The notes beneath the pieces are model-generated. The model saw nothing but the letters and a program-made list of their open reading frames with translations. It did not search any database and was not told the origin of the DNA. From assembly GCF_001194135.2 (NCBI RefSeq), contig NC_068983.1, forward strand, positions 23,378,497 to 23,432,983: a stretch of 54,487 bases of DNA, in the 5' to 3' direction. Position numbers and translations under genes: made by a program. The DNA comes from Octopus bimaculoides (lineage: Eukaryota). Positions 23,791 through 35,547 of this stretch are shown here, one piece after another (the first letter of the stretch is position 1; every line of letters begins with the position of its first letter).

Positions 23791-23999
23791 TAGTAATGTA
23801 CAGTTAAGCAGAGTGTTTTATTGAGCATGTGAAGTGAGAAAGAGACAGAGAAGGAGGGAGAGTGAGAAAGATAGCTACTTCCACTGACTACGCTGTGAGT
23901 GAGAATATGAAGAAATTATTACAAATAAGAGATGTCAAATGTCTAAACCTACTGAGTACTCTATAAAAATCAAATGAAAAAACGAAAAATATACTTTAC

Positions 24000-24097
24000 C
24001 TTTTCATGATCATTTTCAGTAAATTTATTTAGAAGTCTCTGCCGTTGGGTGCCTTGACAATTCCTCAATAAATTACAGATAATTGATGTAATGTGTT
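24000..24097 (-). CDS. CTNNBL1: CTNNBL1 exon 12
   Basis: 98 nt; (E)HITSIICNLLRNCQGTQRQRLLNKFTENDHEK; AG..GT. Confidence 0.96.
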
Positions 24098-24681
24098 CTA
24101 AAAAATAAAAATATAAAGAAAGCACATATATATTTCTTTCAGCTTCTGTCTACCAAATCCACTCACAAAGCTTTTGTCAGCCTGAGACTATAGTAGAAGA
24201 CACTTGCCCTAGGTGCCATGTAGTGGGACTGGAGCTATGTGGTTGGGAAGCAAGCTTCTCACCACACAGCCACGCCTGCACTTATACCTTTCATATTTTA
24301 CTTGTTTCAATCACTGAACTACAGCCACGCTGGGGTACCTCTTTAAAAGGTTTAGTCAAACAAACTAACCCCAGTACTTATTACTGTAAAGTTATAAGGG
24401 TGTAAACAAACCAACACCAGTTGTTAAGTGGTGGTGGGGGACAAACATACACCAACATACACAAAATGGGCTTCTTTCAGGGGGACAAACACAAAGACAA
24501 AGGCATACACACACATATAAATATGTAAACATCATCATCATCGTCATTGTTTAACGTTCGCTTTCCATGCTGGCATGGGTTGGACGGTTTGACTGGGGAC
24601 TAATGAGCCAGATGGCCACACCAGGCTCCAATCTGATCTGGCAGAATTTCTACAGCTGGATGCCCTTCCTAATGCCAACCA

Positions 24682-24721
<40 letters not shown>

Positions 24722-25056
24722 CACACGACGGTCTTCTTTCAGTTTCCGTCTACCAAATCCACTCACAAGGATTTGGTTGGCCTGAGACTATAGTAGAGGA
24801 CATATGTCCAAGGTGCCACATAATGGAACTGAACCCAAGATCACATGGTTGAGAAGCAAGGTTTTTAGTCACACAGCAATGCCTGCACCTATGAAATTGT
24901 TAAAAAACTATTTGTTAAAGAAATTTAACAACACTAAACAAACCATATTAACTACTCATATTTGGTAGGATTAACCCAACTAATTATATGATGGGCGTAA
25001 GTGGATTAATGCAACAAACAACCTTTAAGTAAATGTTGCAATATTAGTTTACCTTC

Positions 25057-25500
25057 TAAGGCGGAAAGCTGGTAGAAACGTCAGCACGCCAGGTGAAATG
25101 CTTAGCGGTATTTTGTCTGTCTTTACGTTCTGAGTTCAAATTCTGCTGAGGTCGACTTTGCCTTTCATCCCTTCGGGGTCAATAAATTAAGTACCAGTTA
25201 CGCACTGGGGTCGATGTAATCAACTTAATACCTTTGTCTGTCCTTGTTTGTCCCCTCTATGTTTAGAGGCTTGTGGGCAATAAAGAAATAAGAAACGTTA
25301 GCATGCTAGGTGAAATGCTTAGCGGTATTTCATCTGCCGTTACGTTCTGAGTTCAAATTCTGTCAAGGTCGACTTTGCCTTTCATCCTTTCAGGGTCAAT
25401 AAAGTAAGTACCAGTTGCGTACTGGGGTTGATCTAATTGACTGGCTCCCTCCCACAAAAATTTCAGGCCTTGTACCTATAGTAGGAAAGAATATTATTTT
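25057..25500 (+). mobile_element. SINE family C, tandem pair
   Basis: Two successive GAAATGCTTAGCGGTATTT...GAGTTCAAATTC...GACTTTGCCTTTCATCC units; the second ends at the exon 11 donor region. Confidence 0.8.
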
Positions 25501-25502
25501 AC

Positions 25503-25681
25503 CTTCTAATTCTTCCATAATTGGTCCAGCTTTACTCTGTTTAGGTGTTTTCATGAAAAGAGGAAATATTGTCCGGAGACCCAAAATATCAATAAATTTC
25601 TGACAGTTGTCTGCTCCTTCTGATCCTGTCATAGAATGGTTCAACACTTTAATAGCACTGTTACGAGACATTCGTTTCTCC
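25503..25681 (-). CDS. CTNNBL1: CTNNBL1 exon 11
   Basis: 179 nt after a poly-T acceptor tract; EKRMSRNSAIKVLNHSMTGSEGADNCQKFIDILGLRTIFPLFMKTPK...ELE. Confidence 0.96.
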
Positions 25682-26981
25682 CTAAAAAAAAAAAAAAAAA
25701 AAAAAAAAAATTCTATTGGTTAGAATAATGCAATATACTGGTAATAGATACACAGAAATAAAACACTAGATAATTATAAAACAAAGACTTGGTTTTTAGT
25801 GCTGGAAAAATGCCTTGTGTTATTTGTTCCAGCTCTTTAAGGCAGTGAGCAGGCAGATTTGTTAGTACACCAGGCAAAATGCTCGGCGGAATTTTGTCTG
25901 TCTTAATGTTCTGAGTTCAAATTCTGCTGAGGTTGACTTCAGCTTCCATCCTTCCGGGGACAATAAAATAAGTACCAGTTGAGCACTGAGGTTGATGTAA
26001 TCAATTTACTCAATCCCCAAAATTGTTGGTTTTTTGCCAAAATTTGAAACCATTATTTGTTCTAGCTCTTTATATTCAGGGTTTAACTTTGCCTTTCTTT
26101 CTTCCAGGATTGATAAAATTAAGTAATAACGTAGCATTAAAGTCAATGTCACCAACACCCTCTCTTCAAAATTGTTGGAGTAACAAGAATGTTTGTGTAA
26201 TGCAGGTGGACAAATACATCAGGGTATTTTGTTCAAAAGCACTAGTTTATTGGTTCTTCATTGGATGTATGTTGGAAAAAGAGAAACACACATATATATA
26301 TATATATGATGGGCTTCTATGCAGTTTCTGTCTATCAATTTCTATTCACAAGGGATTGGTTAATCTCATGCAGTGGGGTCAAACCTTGAAACATGTGGTT
26401 ATGAACTGAACTTCTTAACTAAATAATTGAGCTTGCACTAATTATTCCTCTAATATATACTATGATAGACCTCTTCTTTATAACGAAATTTATGCCATCA
26501 TCATCTTCATCCTTTGAACATCCCTTTTTCCATGCTTGCATGAATCAGATGAGGTTTGTGGAAGCAGTGTATTCTCTTTCTATCACCAACTCTTATTTGT
26601 TTCCAAACATGATATTTCTCAGTGGTTGGACATGTTTTCATGAAAGATTGGAAATGAAGGACATTACTTGAATGACAGGACCTCTTGTTTACAACCAATT
26701 CATGCTTGCAAGGAAACACACAGGCATACTCACCCATGTACATGCTCAAATACATATATATACACATTACAGGCTTCTTTCAATTTGCATCTACCAAATC
26801 CATTCACTTATTTACAAGGCTTTGGATGGTCTGGAGTTATAGCAGACGTTTGACCATGTCATTGAATTAAATTTATAAATATTTCATACATTTTACCACA
26901 CTACTTTATTTTCTTTTATCAATAAAACTACTACTCCGTCATATGTAAACAAATTTAAGTTTGTTTTTGAAGCACTGAAAT

Positions 26982-27259
26982 GTATTGTAGTACAAGTAGA
27001 AAGATATATTTTTCAACACGTAAATACTGATAGAACAGTATACATGGGATAATATCCCTTACAGAGCAGAAGAATTTGTCAGTAAAGTAGTTTAGCTTAA
27101 TGGTAGAGCACTTGACCAGAAATCAAAGGGATGTGAGTTCCATTCTCATGGCTGGTTGCTGACAGATTTTTCTGCTTTGTAAGGGATATTATCCCATGTA
27201 TACTGTTCTATCAGTATTTACGCATTGAAAAATATATCTTTCTACTTGTACTACAATAC
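26982..27259. mobile_element. Foldback/MITE-like element: 101-bp inverted arms around a tRNA-like core
   Basis: Arms 26982-27082 and 27159-27259 pair at 96/101 positions; 76-nt spacer folds as a degenerate cloverleaf. Confidence 0.75.
27086..27157 (+). pseudogene. tRNA-like (pseudo-tRNA or SINE-head) sequence, anticodon position AGA
   Basis: D-arm GCTT/GAGC with A-box TAGCTTAATGG; anticodon stem TTGA/TCAA with loop CCAGAAA; T-arm GTGAG/CTCAT with loop TTCCATT; acceptor stem decayed. Not a functional tRNA (C33, no long variable arm for Ser). Confidence 0.55.
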
Positions 27260-27332
27260 TACTCCATGTCTTTTGTTCAGAATGTTACTTGTGTTAAAAG
27301 GAATTTCAATAAAATAGAATAATTTGTCAAAC

Positions 27333-27481
27333 CTGAGCATAAGATTCATCAGCTGTAGACCTTCTCCTTTTAGAAATTTGGCACGATTGCAGGGCAACAT
27401 CAAAGCAGAGCACAAACAATTGAACAAGTTTTCCATTAGTTCAATTTCATCTCTGTTAACAGGATCATGTCTTTTATAAGA
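27333..27481 (-). CDS. CTNNBL1: CTNNBL1 exon 10
   Basis: 149 nt; SYKRHDPVNRDEIELMENLFNCLCSALMLPCNRAKFLKGEGLQLMNLML(R); donor AG/gtttga. Confidence 0.96.
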
Positions 27482-27589
27482 CTATGCATAGAAATAAAAC
27501 AAATATAAATAAAATTAAAGCAATTAAAAATGAAAACAAAGAAACAAAAATAAGTTTCCAGATACCCATTGCTTCACATCTTTTGTGAT

Positions 27590-28760
27590 CAGTTTTGCCT
27601 ACATTGAGCTTTGTTTATTAGGAGAGAAACTCAGTGAGGAATAACATCTATAGAGACTTTGTGGGTCCTAGTTGTAGGCATTTTGTTTGATAAATGATTG
27701 TGCCTTTGTACTATTGAAAGAGATAAGGTTAGTATGACCCTGTGAGAAGATATTTTCAAGATCACTGTTCATAGATCACTGTTCATATAGATTTAGAGTG
27801 AAATATTTAGATTGCATATGGATGACACTTGGTTAGAGACAGTGGTTGTTGTTAGGGGTCATTGATGTATAATAGCGAAGGTTGGGGGATGAAAACTGAA
27901 CTTTATAAGTACACCAGAGTTAATAGATCTTCATCAGTACATACCACAATGGTGTGATCCGATAGTAGGAAACCACTGATCCAAGTGATGGAAGGGCAAC
28001 ATTACCGTTTTTATCAAATTTCATGAGTGTGAGAGCTCACTGGTGTGTGACATGAGAGAATAACTTTGCAGTAGATCTAGCTTTATAGAAACTGTATGAA
28101 TGGTTGTTTAGACAGGAGAAATTCGTGTCTTAATGACCACTAGCCATAATAGAGAAAGTTATTGTTGATGGCTGTTTCCATCGATTTTGAGATTCTAAAA
28201 GTGAATGTGATAAGTTGAAAGTTGGTAGGGTGAGAGGAGTTGCTCTACTTGGGTATAGAACACATTGTTGTGTTTTTAAAGATTAGGAGTTTGGTGAGAA
28301 TCGGAGCTAGTTCTGACGCACACTGAGAATAACAAAGGAACATTGTCAGGAGTAGAGGTCTTGTTGACCTAAAGCAACCAAAAGTGTTTTCACTCTGTGT
28401 TTGTGTGTGTGTGTATGTGTGGGGCTATGAGCGTAGAGGAAAGGAAGCAATGGTTTGCGAGGAGATTTATTAAGTGTGTGAAGTGTGGAATAGGATATAA
28501 AGTAGATGTGGAACCTTTCCTCACAGTTATACTGCTTACAGAACCATCATCAATGAGAAGAGGGAAAGAGGATTATGTCAAGTTAGTAGAGAACCTTTTG
28601 GGAAAGGACAAAAAGGAGTTTGAGTATCAGCAGGGTAACTTGTGGATAGGGCAATATACAAAAGCAACCTTCATGGTTTGGATGATAGTATTTGAGTTAA
28701 GATGAGTAAAAGTATTTAGGTTGTGGGTTGTATTCTTAGCCTGAACTGCTGCAGTGGAGC
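27590..28760 (-). mobile_element. Jockey/CR1-group LINE RT fragment
   Basis: PTNFQLITFTFRISKSMETAINN, WISGFL...INSGV...LLYIND, MNSDLENIF.QG.TNLISFNSTKAQ are decayed RT motifs. Confidence 0.65.
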
Positions 28761-29243
28761 TATGAATGAAGCACATAAAACTTATCTAAGTAAATATATT
28801 TAATCTGTATTGAACAAATTGATGTAAAGTGAAGTAAATAATTTTCTTTGTGAGACAAAATATATAACAACTAAATATCAAAGTAGACATCAAAACCATC
28901 AGTGTAATGTTTTTACAGCATCTAGAACTAATTTGTCACTTATGAGTACTTAAATGTTGATTTTAAATTATTTTATGCATATTTATAACAAATCATTAGC
29001 AAGAACTGCTTTACGTTAGTTTTATATGTTAAAATTAAACAGCAAACTTATACTGCATGATCCAAACCTCAAATGCACATTCCAAGACAAAAAATACTTG
29101 ACTTTTTGAAATAAAATTTATATATTTTATAGAACAACTGTATGTAAATACATACAAAGATTTTGAGATTTTCTAGAGTACTACAATTTATTCTACATTA
29201 TCACTTTCAAAATGTTACAATTTAAATATCGTTCATAACTTAC

Positions 29244-29302
29244 AGCTAATTGTTGGAGCAAAACATCAATTCCGTCTAGTTCACCAATATACTGTCTGTT
29301 TT
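29244..29302 (-). CDS. CTNNBL1: CTNNBL1 exon 9
   Basis: 59 nt; (E)NRQYIGELDGIDVLLQQLA; AG..GT. Confidence 0.96.
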
Positions 29303-29679
29303 CTGGAAAATAAGGAAGGAAGGAAGGGATATGTAGTTACATAAAACTGATATTCACATTTCAAGAATAAATAAACTTTAAAATAAATTACATTTTAATC
29401 TTTCCAACTAAATGATATATATATATATGTTAATACTCCACTGAAAAACCTGTGACAATACCCCACCCTATCATGTGTGGTATCAAATGTGATGAGGTGA
29501 TATTGCTGAATATACCATATTACAGCTTGTCACCATAGTGGCGCTACCTCCCTGCCAACATCCTGTCCAAGGAGGAGCACCTAAGAATAAAGAAAAGAAT
29601 CAATGTCGCTTCCACAGCATTCAAGATAACTAGGAGTTATCTTGAATTAGTCTCAGATACTGTTACTCTTCTCTAGATC

Positions 29680-29975
29680 ACCATCATCATTTAACGTCCA
29701 TTGTTCATACTGGCATGCGTTGGACAGTTTGACCAGGTCTGGCAAGCTGGAAGGCTGTACCAGACTCTAGTCTAATTTGGCATGGTTTTTATGGCTGGAT
29801 ACCCTTCCTAATGCCAACCCAAGAGTGTAATGGGTGCTTTTACGTGCCACCAGCATGAGTGCCAGTTACGTGACATCAGTGTCAGTCACAACTATGATTT
29901 CACTTGGCTTGACAGGTCTTCTCAAACACAGCATAATGCCAAAGATCTCGGTCATTTGTCATTGCCTCCATATCT
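29680..29975 (-). mobile_element. Family A RTE 3' end with ORF C-terminus
   Basis: EAMTNDRDLWHYAVFEKTCQAK*, then UTR and (GAT)n tail. Confidence 0.75.
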
Positions 29976-30494
29976 AATGAAATGAGTTTGTCTAATAAGC
30001 TCACGAAACTATGTTGATTCATTAACTCTTTATCAGTCCAGAACCATAGCCATAACATATAACCCTTAGTGGTCCAGCCCATCTTACATGTAACTTATAT
30101 CACATATGGTGGAATAAGCAGTATTTGCATTGTAAAGTGACAATTGTTTGATATGCATTGCTGTTACTGCTGTATTTAAATATTCCTATGGGATGTTCTG
30201 AAGAACAAGTTTTGGGTTCCACAAGCCTTGTGAATTCAACTTAAATACATTGTGGTGGTAGTAGCCATGGTCTTCAATTGTCAGTACGACAAAAACTCAA
30301 CATCTTTTCTGAGGGCTCAAGCTACAAGAAAATATATTCCTATTTATCAACTTTTACAGCTAAAAGTGATAATTTCTATTAGCTTTTGAGCTTTATAGAT
30401 ATCATCTTAAGACGGGCATGATACTTATAAGCAGTTTTGATATTTGTAAATTCTTTACTTGAAAGGATTCAGAAAAAAGATTCATATTGTAGAT

Positions 30495-30641
30495 ACAGGT
30501 GCAGGCATTCTAGCCACATGGTTTTGGGTTCAGTCCTACTCCATGGCACCTTGGGCAAGTGTCTTCTACTATGGCCTCAACCCAACCAAAGCCTTGTGAG
30601 TGGATCTGGTAGACAGAAACTGAAAGAAGCACATGATATAC

Positions 30642-30682
<41 letters not shown>

Positions 30683-30875
30683 NNNNNNNNNNATATATGT
30701 ATATATCTATGTGTAAATGTCTTTGTGTTCATGTTTTTTCCACCCAGCTGCTTAACAACCAGTGTTGGTGTGTTTATGTCTCCTTAACTTAGTGGTTTGG
30801 TAAAAGAGATCGCTAGAATAAGCACAAGGCTTTAAAACATGGCTCCAGTTAAATGATTGAAACAAGTAAATGATG
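30495..30875 (+). mobile_element. SINE family B with expanded internal (CA)n/(TA)n containing a 10-N gap
   Basis: Head GGTTCAGTCCTACTCCATGGCACCTTGGGCAAGTG; tail GATTGAAACAAGTAAA. Confidence 0.8.
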
Positions 30876-30925
30876 TGTAATGTACATTTGTACTATAACA
30901 TAAATAGATTGCTAAATATACTTAC

Positions 30926-30998
30926 CATCATGATTCTGAAGAAGGATCGACATTATTTCACAAGCATACAGTTTATTGGCATCAAAGGGTATTTTAGC
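30926..30998 (-). CDS. CTNNBL1: CTNNBL1 exon 8
   Basis: 73 nt; AKIPFDANKLYACEIMSILLQNHD; AG..GT. Confidence 0.96.
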
Positions 30999-31723
30999 CT
31001 GAAACCATGAAAGATTACAAATACATTTTAAGCTTAACTCAAACACAGCCATAAAAGCCATGCCAAAACAGACAGGAAAGCCTGGTGCAGTCCTCTGGCT
31101 TACCAGCTCCTGTCAAACTGTCCAACCCATGCTAGCATGGAAAACAGACATATGATGATGATGATGATGAAATTCACCCAGATATGTAAAATGTTGCCAA
31201 CATCATCATCATCAAACATTTGTTGCCCATGCTGGCACGGGTTAGGCAGTTTGACCAGAGCTGGCAAGACAGGGAGCTGCACCAGACTCTAGTTTGATTT
31301 GACATGGTTTCTACAGTTGGATACCATTCCTAACGCCAACCACTTTACAGAATGTGCTGGGTGCTTTTATGTGGCACTGCCACAAGTGCTTTTCACCACC
31401 AGAGGGAAATAATTGCTATACTTATTATCATTGTTAACATACCAGAAACAAAAACTATTAAACCCAGTAGTATAATACAGTTCTATATTTAAGGGATGAG
31501 GAATTATGTACATTATTTACAATTGACGGATATTTGTCCTCATCTTGTTTGTTGTTAACACAACATTTCGGCTGATATACCCTCAGGTGCCTTGGGGAAA
31601 TTTTTGAACCTAGGTTCTCATTCCTAAGGTATTATAACTCAACAATACTTATTTTTAATTCTGCTTGTAATTCATCTCATATTCATTTTCTTAATGAAGT
31701 ATTGCAAACCAAGAATAGATTAT

Positions 31724-31948
31724 TTAACCTGTTAGCATTTAGATTATTTTGTTAAATGTAATGTTTATTTATTCATGTTGTTTTGAATTAATCATGCATT
31801 ATCTTGTAACTTCAAGATTCTAATGATGTGATAGTTTATTTTTAGAAAGACATTGTAGGGTGGGTGTGAGGGGCCAAATTTGGCTAGTTTGAACATAAAG
31901 CGGGTTGAATTGGCTGGATATAGCCAGTTTAAATGCTAAAAGGGTTAA
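31724..31948 (-). mobile_element. TTAA-flanked MITE (family F), inverted copy
   Basis: TTAACCTGTTAGCATT ... AATGCTAAAAGGGTTAA; interior is the reverse complement of the 17244 copy. Confidence 0.75.
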
Positions 31949-32201
31949 CTAAACTTCAAAATAGACTAACAAGAAATATATCTACTAAATTAACGGCACA
32001 AAATTGATGAATTTTTACTTAGTTACTGGTTCAAAACTATACTCTTTGACAATAGTGTGTCATATAGAATGACTTGTAACAGGCCACTTGCACAAGTAAT
32101 TAATTGTAGAATTTTCTTTCTCACGTCAAAAATGAAAGAAAACACACACACACACACATGCACATGCACGCACACACACAAATTTTAAAATAAAAGTCTA
32201 C

Positions 32202-32293
32202 CTTCAATCGTTTTAAAATCCATTGCATTAAACCTTGTTGAGAAGAATCTGGACAAATCTCTGGACGGAACTCTGTGAGGTTTTCCATTATAC
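32202..32293 (-). CDS. CTNNBL1: CTNNBL1 exon 7
   Basis: 92 nt; (G)IMENLTEFRPEICPDSSQQGLMQWILKRLK; AG..GT. Confidence 0.96.
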
Positions 32294-33953
32294 CTGATAA
32301 AGCATTCAATACCATCATTTCAATTACTCAAATAAAATACACTCTTCCATTAAAAACTAGTATTATAGAGAATAATTAGACAACACTTTATTGCTGCCTA
32401 GTTGTCATCTATAATTAATATTAATCAGACCATACCTCAAATATGAAAACAGTTTAATCAATAAAGTTTTAAACTCTTAAGAAACTGTCAAATGAAACTG
32501 TGCGCAAACTAACAAAAGTTTGGGTCTTAAAAAAAAAGCTAAATCAATGAGTAAAGGTTTTAGTCTTAATGGCTAAGAGTGGATCCCCAATGCACTATTT
32601 AGTATTTGAACTCACCTGCTTCCAGTTGTTCTCAGTACTAGAATTTGAGTACAGAAAGTTTTTTTATAAGTGAATATGCTCTGATGTATGATATAATGTA
32701 ACAAAAAAAACAAAAACAAAAAAAACAACAACAAAACAAAACAAATAATTAGATAAAATCTAATCTATAACAGACAAATTAAATATAATAGAAACTGGGG
32801 GCAATTTGTGAAATATAAGGATTAATGAATACAAATCATCCCAAAGAGCTACTGAATGCAAAGTATGAGTTTAAACAAAGACGTTAATAGGGATGAACAA
32901 TCTTTTAATACCATCATTGTTTTAAGCCAGTTTCTCTATGCCATAGAGGATGATTCCAATACAACACCATCAGATCAGAACACACCATGGCTTCTTCAGT
33001 TTCATTGTAGGCTCCATTAGTATCTTCAGTTTGCTTTAAATACATTACGGCTAGTGGTAGACATAGTTTTTAATTCTTCAGTGGGTAGATGGTAGCAGTT
33101 TTATATTAAATTTTGCATTTTGTCCGCACAAGAAGACACTCAACAAAATTTTTTTTTCAATGATTTGATAGATTTTCAGTTTACTTTTACAGCTAACTAA
33201 AAGAAAACAAACTTAAAGCTTTCTGTTAAACTATTTACAATTTCAATAAGTTCTTTGGATTTAAGAACTTTATCAATTAATCTGTTATATTTGAGGGATG
33301 TTCAGATTAATGTTGTTTGATGATAAATGATAACTAGACAGCAATGAAGTATTGCTTAGTAATTAGTGTTATTCCATCTATATCATTTGACACAGTTTTA
33401 ATTAACTGCCATCTTTCATACACATTACATATCTGTAACAATGCAATCTTCTCTCTTACATACCAGACGAATCCATTGACGATCCTATTTTTGTCTCAGT
33501 TCACCTGTACTCTTGTTCATGAATGGAAGATATTACACATTCAATGAAGCATGTTCACTGTATTTCTTTACAGCCTTTGTGTATCATCCCCATTTAATTC
33601 CTATACCTCACTACCATGCAACACTGCACATTGCATACAAAGGTTTATATAATCTACTTAGTCACTAATACAGGCAAGATTAACCTTCATTTATTTATGC
33701 ATGAACTCAGCAAGTTTCTGAAACATTAACTAAACCACTTAAAACCAGTTGGAGCCTTTACATGGTCACTCAAACTGCTAAAAGTAGCAGGCAATTTTCC
33801 ATTAAGTAATATGTTTGCAAAAAAAAAAAAAAGCCTCAAACAAGATGGTCATGGCTAGAATGCTTTTGATCAAAGATCTGCTAGATGAAGACCAATCTGT
33901 AGTTAAACACAACACTTAGTTATGGGAAGTTAATAAGTTAATAGACACCTTAC

Positions 33954-34047
33954 CTAAAGTATTATGTACACCATCAGCCTCTTCCTTTACAGTTTCATCA
34001 AGCCTTTCCAGATTTTGAACCAGCAAAGCTACAATCTGTCCATCCAA
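33954..34047 (-). CDS. CTNNBL1: CTNNBL1 exon 6
   Basis: 94 nt; LDGQIVALLVQNLERLDETVKEEADGVHNTL; AG..GT. Confidence 0.96.
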
Positions 34048-34859
34048 CTGTGAAAATATATAAAATCACATGTGAAAAGTGTGTATGTATGCAGGCATGC
34101 TCTCGTGTATGTGTGTTGATGTTGATTCTAATGTATTTACTGACATGTGTATAGTGAACCATGATGTTGGCTTTGTACAATGTCTTTTATAGGGAAACAC
34201 TACGCTTTTGTATCAATTTGCTCACTAAGAAATAGAAACAACTGAAGTTATTTGTTGCTAGGAAAATCATTAGACTAATTACTAATTTATTTCTGAAAGA
34301 AAATATAAAAGAATATGACTTCATAATATAAAACCAAGTAAAAGTACTCAGAGCTGAAATTCAGTTTTCCCGATAACGTAGACTTGAGTGTCAAGGGACA
34401 TAACAAATGCCCCAAAGTTATTTTGTTTGTGTCCCCTCATGGTTTTGCCAACCTCTACCAACATGTATACTGTTGGCTCTCGTAGTCTGTGTTTCTGATT
34501 AATGGCTTCACATCGTTACAAGAATTTTCAGTAGCAAAAATAAAGAAGATTAATTTTTTTTAATTACAAAAAAAAAAAAATAAAAAAAAAATATGTGTAA
34601 CTCAATATGTGCTGCTTGTAAAAGATATCTGAGGAGATGAACGTGTCTTTCGATTGAGCCATAAGCCTATGCAATACATTGGAGAAAGCTAGCAACTTCA
34701 CCAACCCCACCAGCTTTTCTTGCTTAGTATCATTGTATTTATTTCATTTCAATATACCATTCTGTTATCAGCAAGTGAATGTTAATGAGACACTTTACCT
34801 CGCTCGTTACAAGTTCTTAAACAAGCAATAAATATATCATACATATAAATATATATCAT

Positions 34860-35105
34860 TGTTTATCATTGTTTTAACATCCACTTGTGCATGTTTGCAT
34901 GTGTCAGACAGAATTTACTGAGGCAGATTTTATAGAGCTGATGCCCTTCCTATTGTCAACTCATACTTGTTTTAAGCAAAACAATATTTTCCCATGGCTA
35001 GATACCTTTTTCCTGGAAAATGGTAAATGAATGACAATGTTTGTATGATGAGGACACTCATTTACAACTATTATGCAGTGCCAAGAGAAAGAGGCATAAA
35101 CACAC
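34860..35105 (-). repeat. Second RTE-tail-like dispersed repeat (family H)
   Basis: CATGYTTGCATGGGTCAGA..TTTACTGAGGCAGATTTT..GATGCCCTTCCT..AATATTTCCCCATGGC shared with about 26500-26720, 43565-43780, 47015-47260, 16480-16680. Confidence 0.6.
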
Positions 35106-35206
35106 TTGCAGTTGCTGATGCACTGAATACACAAACTACCATAGAAATTTGGGGACTCAAATTTCTGCTGCCTTATATATATGTGTGTGTGTGTGTGTGT
35201 ATATCA

Positions 35207-35547
35207 TCATTATCATTTAATGTCTGCTTTCCATGCTGGCTTGAGTTAGATGGTTTGACACTGAAATTAATAAGCTGAAGAGCTGCTCCAGGTTCCAGTC
35301 TGATTTGGCATGGTTTCTACAGCTGGATGCCCTTCCTAATGCCAACCACTCCAAGAGGGATGTAATGGGTGTTTTTACATGCCAGTTATGTGACACTGGT
35401 ATCAACCATGACTATGATTTCACTTGGCTTGATGAGTCTTCTCAAGCACAGCATATCGCCAAAAGTCTTGGTCACTTGTTATCACCTCTGTGAGGCCCAA
35501 CATTTAAAGATCGCACTTCACCACCTTGTCCCATGTCTTCCTGGTTA
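35207..35547 (-). mobile_element. Family A RTE 3' end with longer ORF remnant
   Basis: RKTWDKVVKCDL*MLGLTEVITSDQDFWRYAVLEKTHQAK*, then UTR and tail. Confidence 0.75.

Noticed and set aside
25684-25710. 27-nt A-run as a retrocopy poly(A) tail
   Set aside because: It is the poly-U acceptor tract of CTNNBL1 exon 11 on the minus strand.
28397-28705. 102-aa ORF with a CxxC motif (KCVKCG)
   Set aside because: Antisense to a decayed LINE RT; no splice context or recognisable homology.
33760-33910. Shared GGTCATG..CTAGA/GATC block (also about 36370-36430 and 49050-49100) as a conserved ncRNA
   Set aside because: Diverged dispersed copies fit an old repeat family; no structural or snoRNA box evidence.
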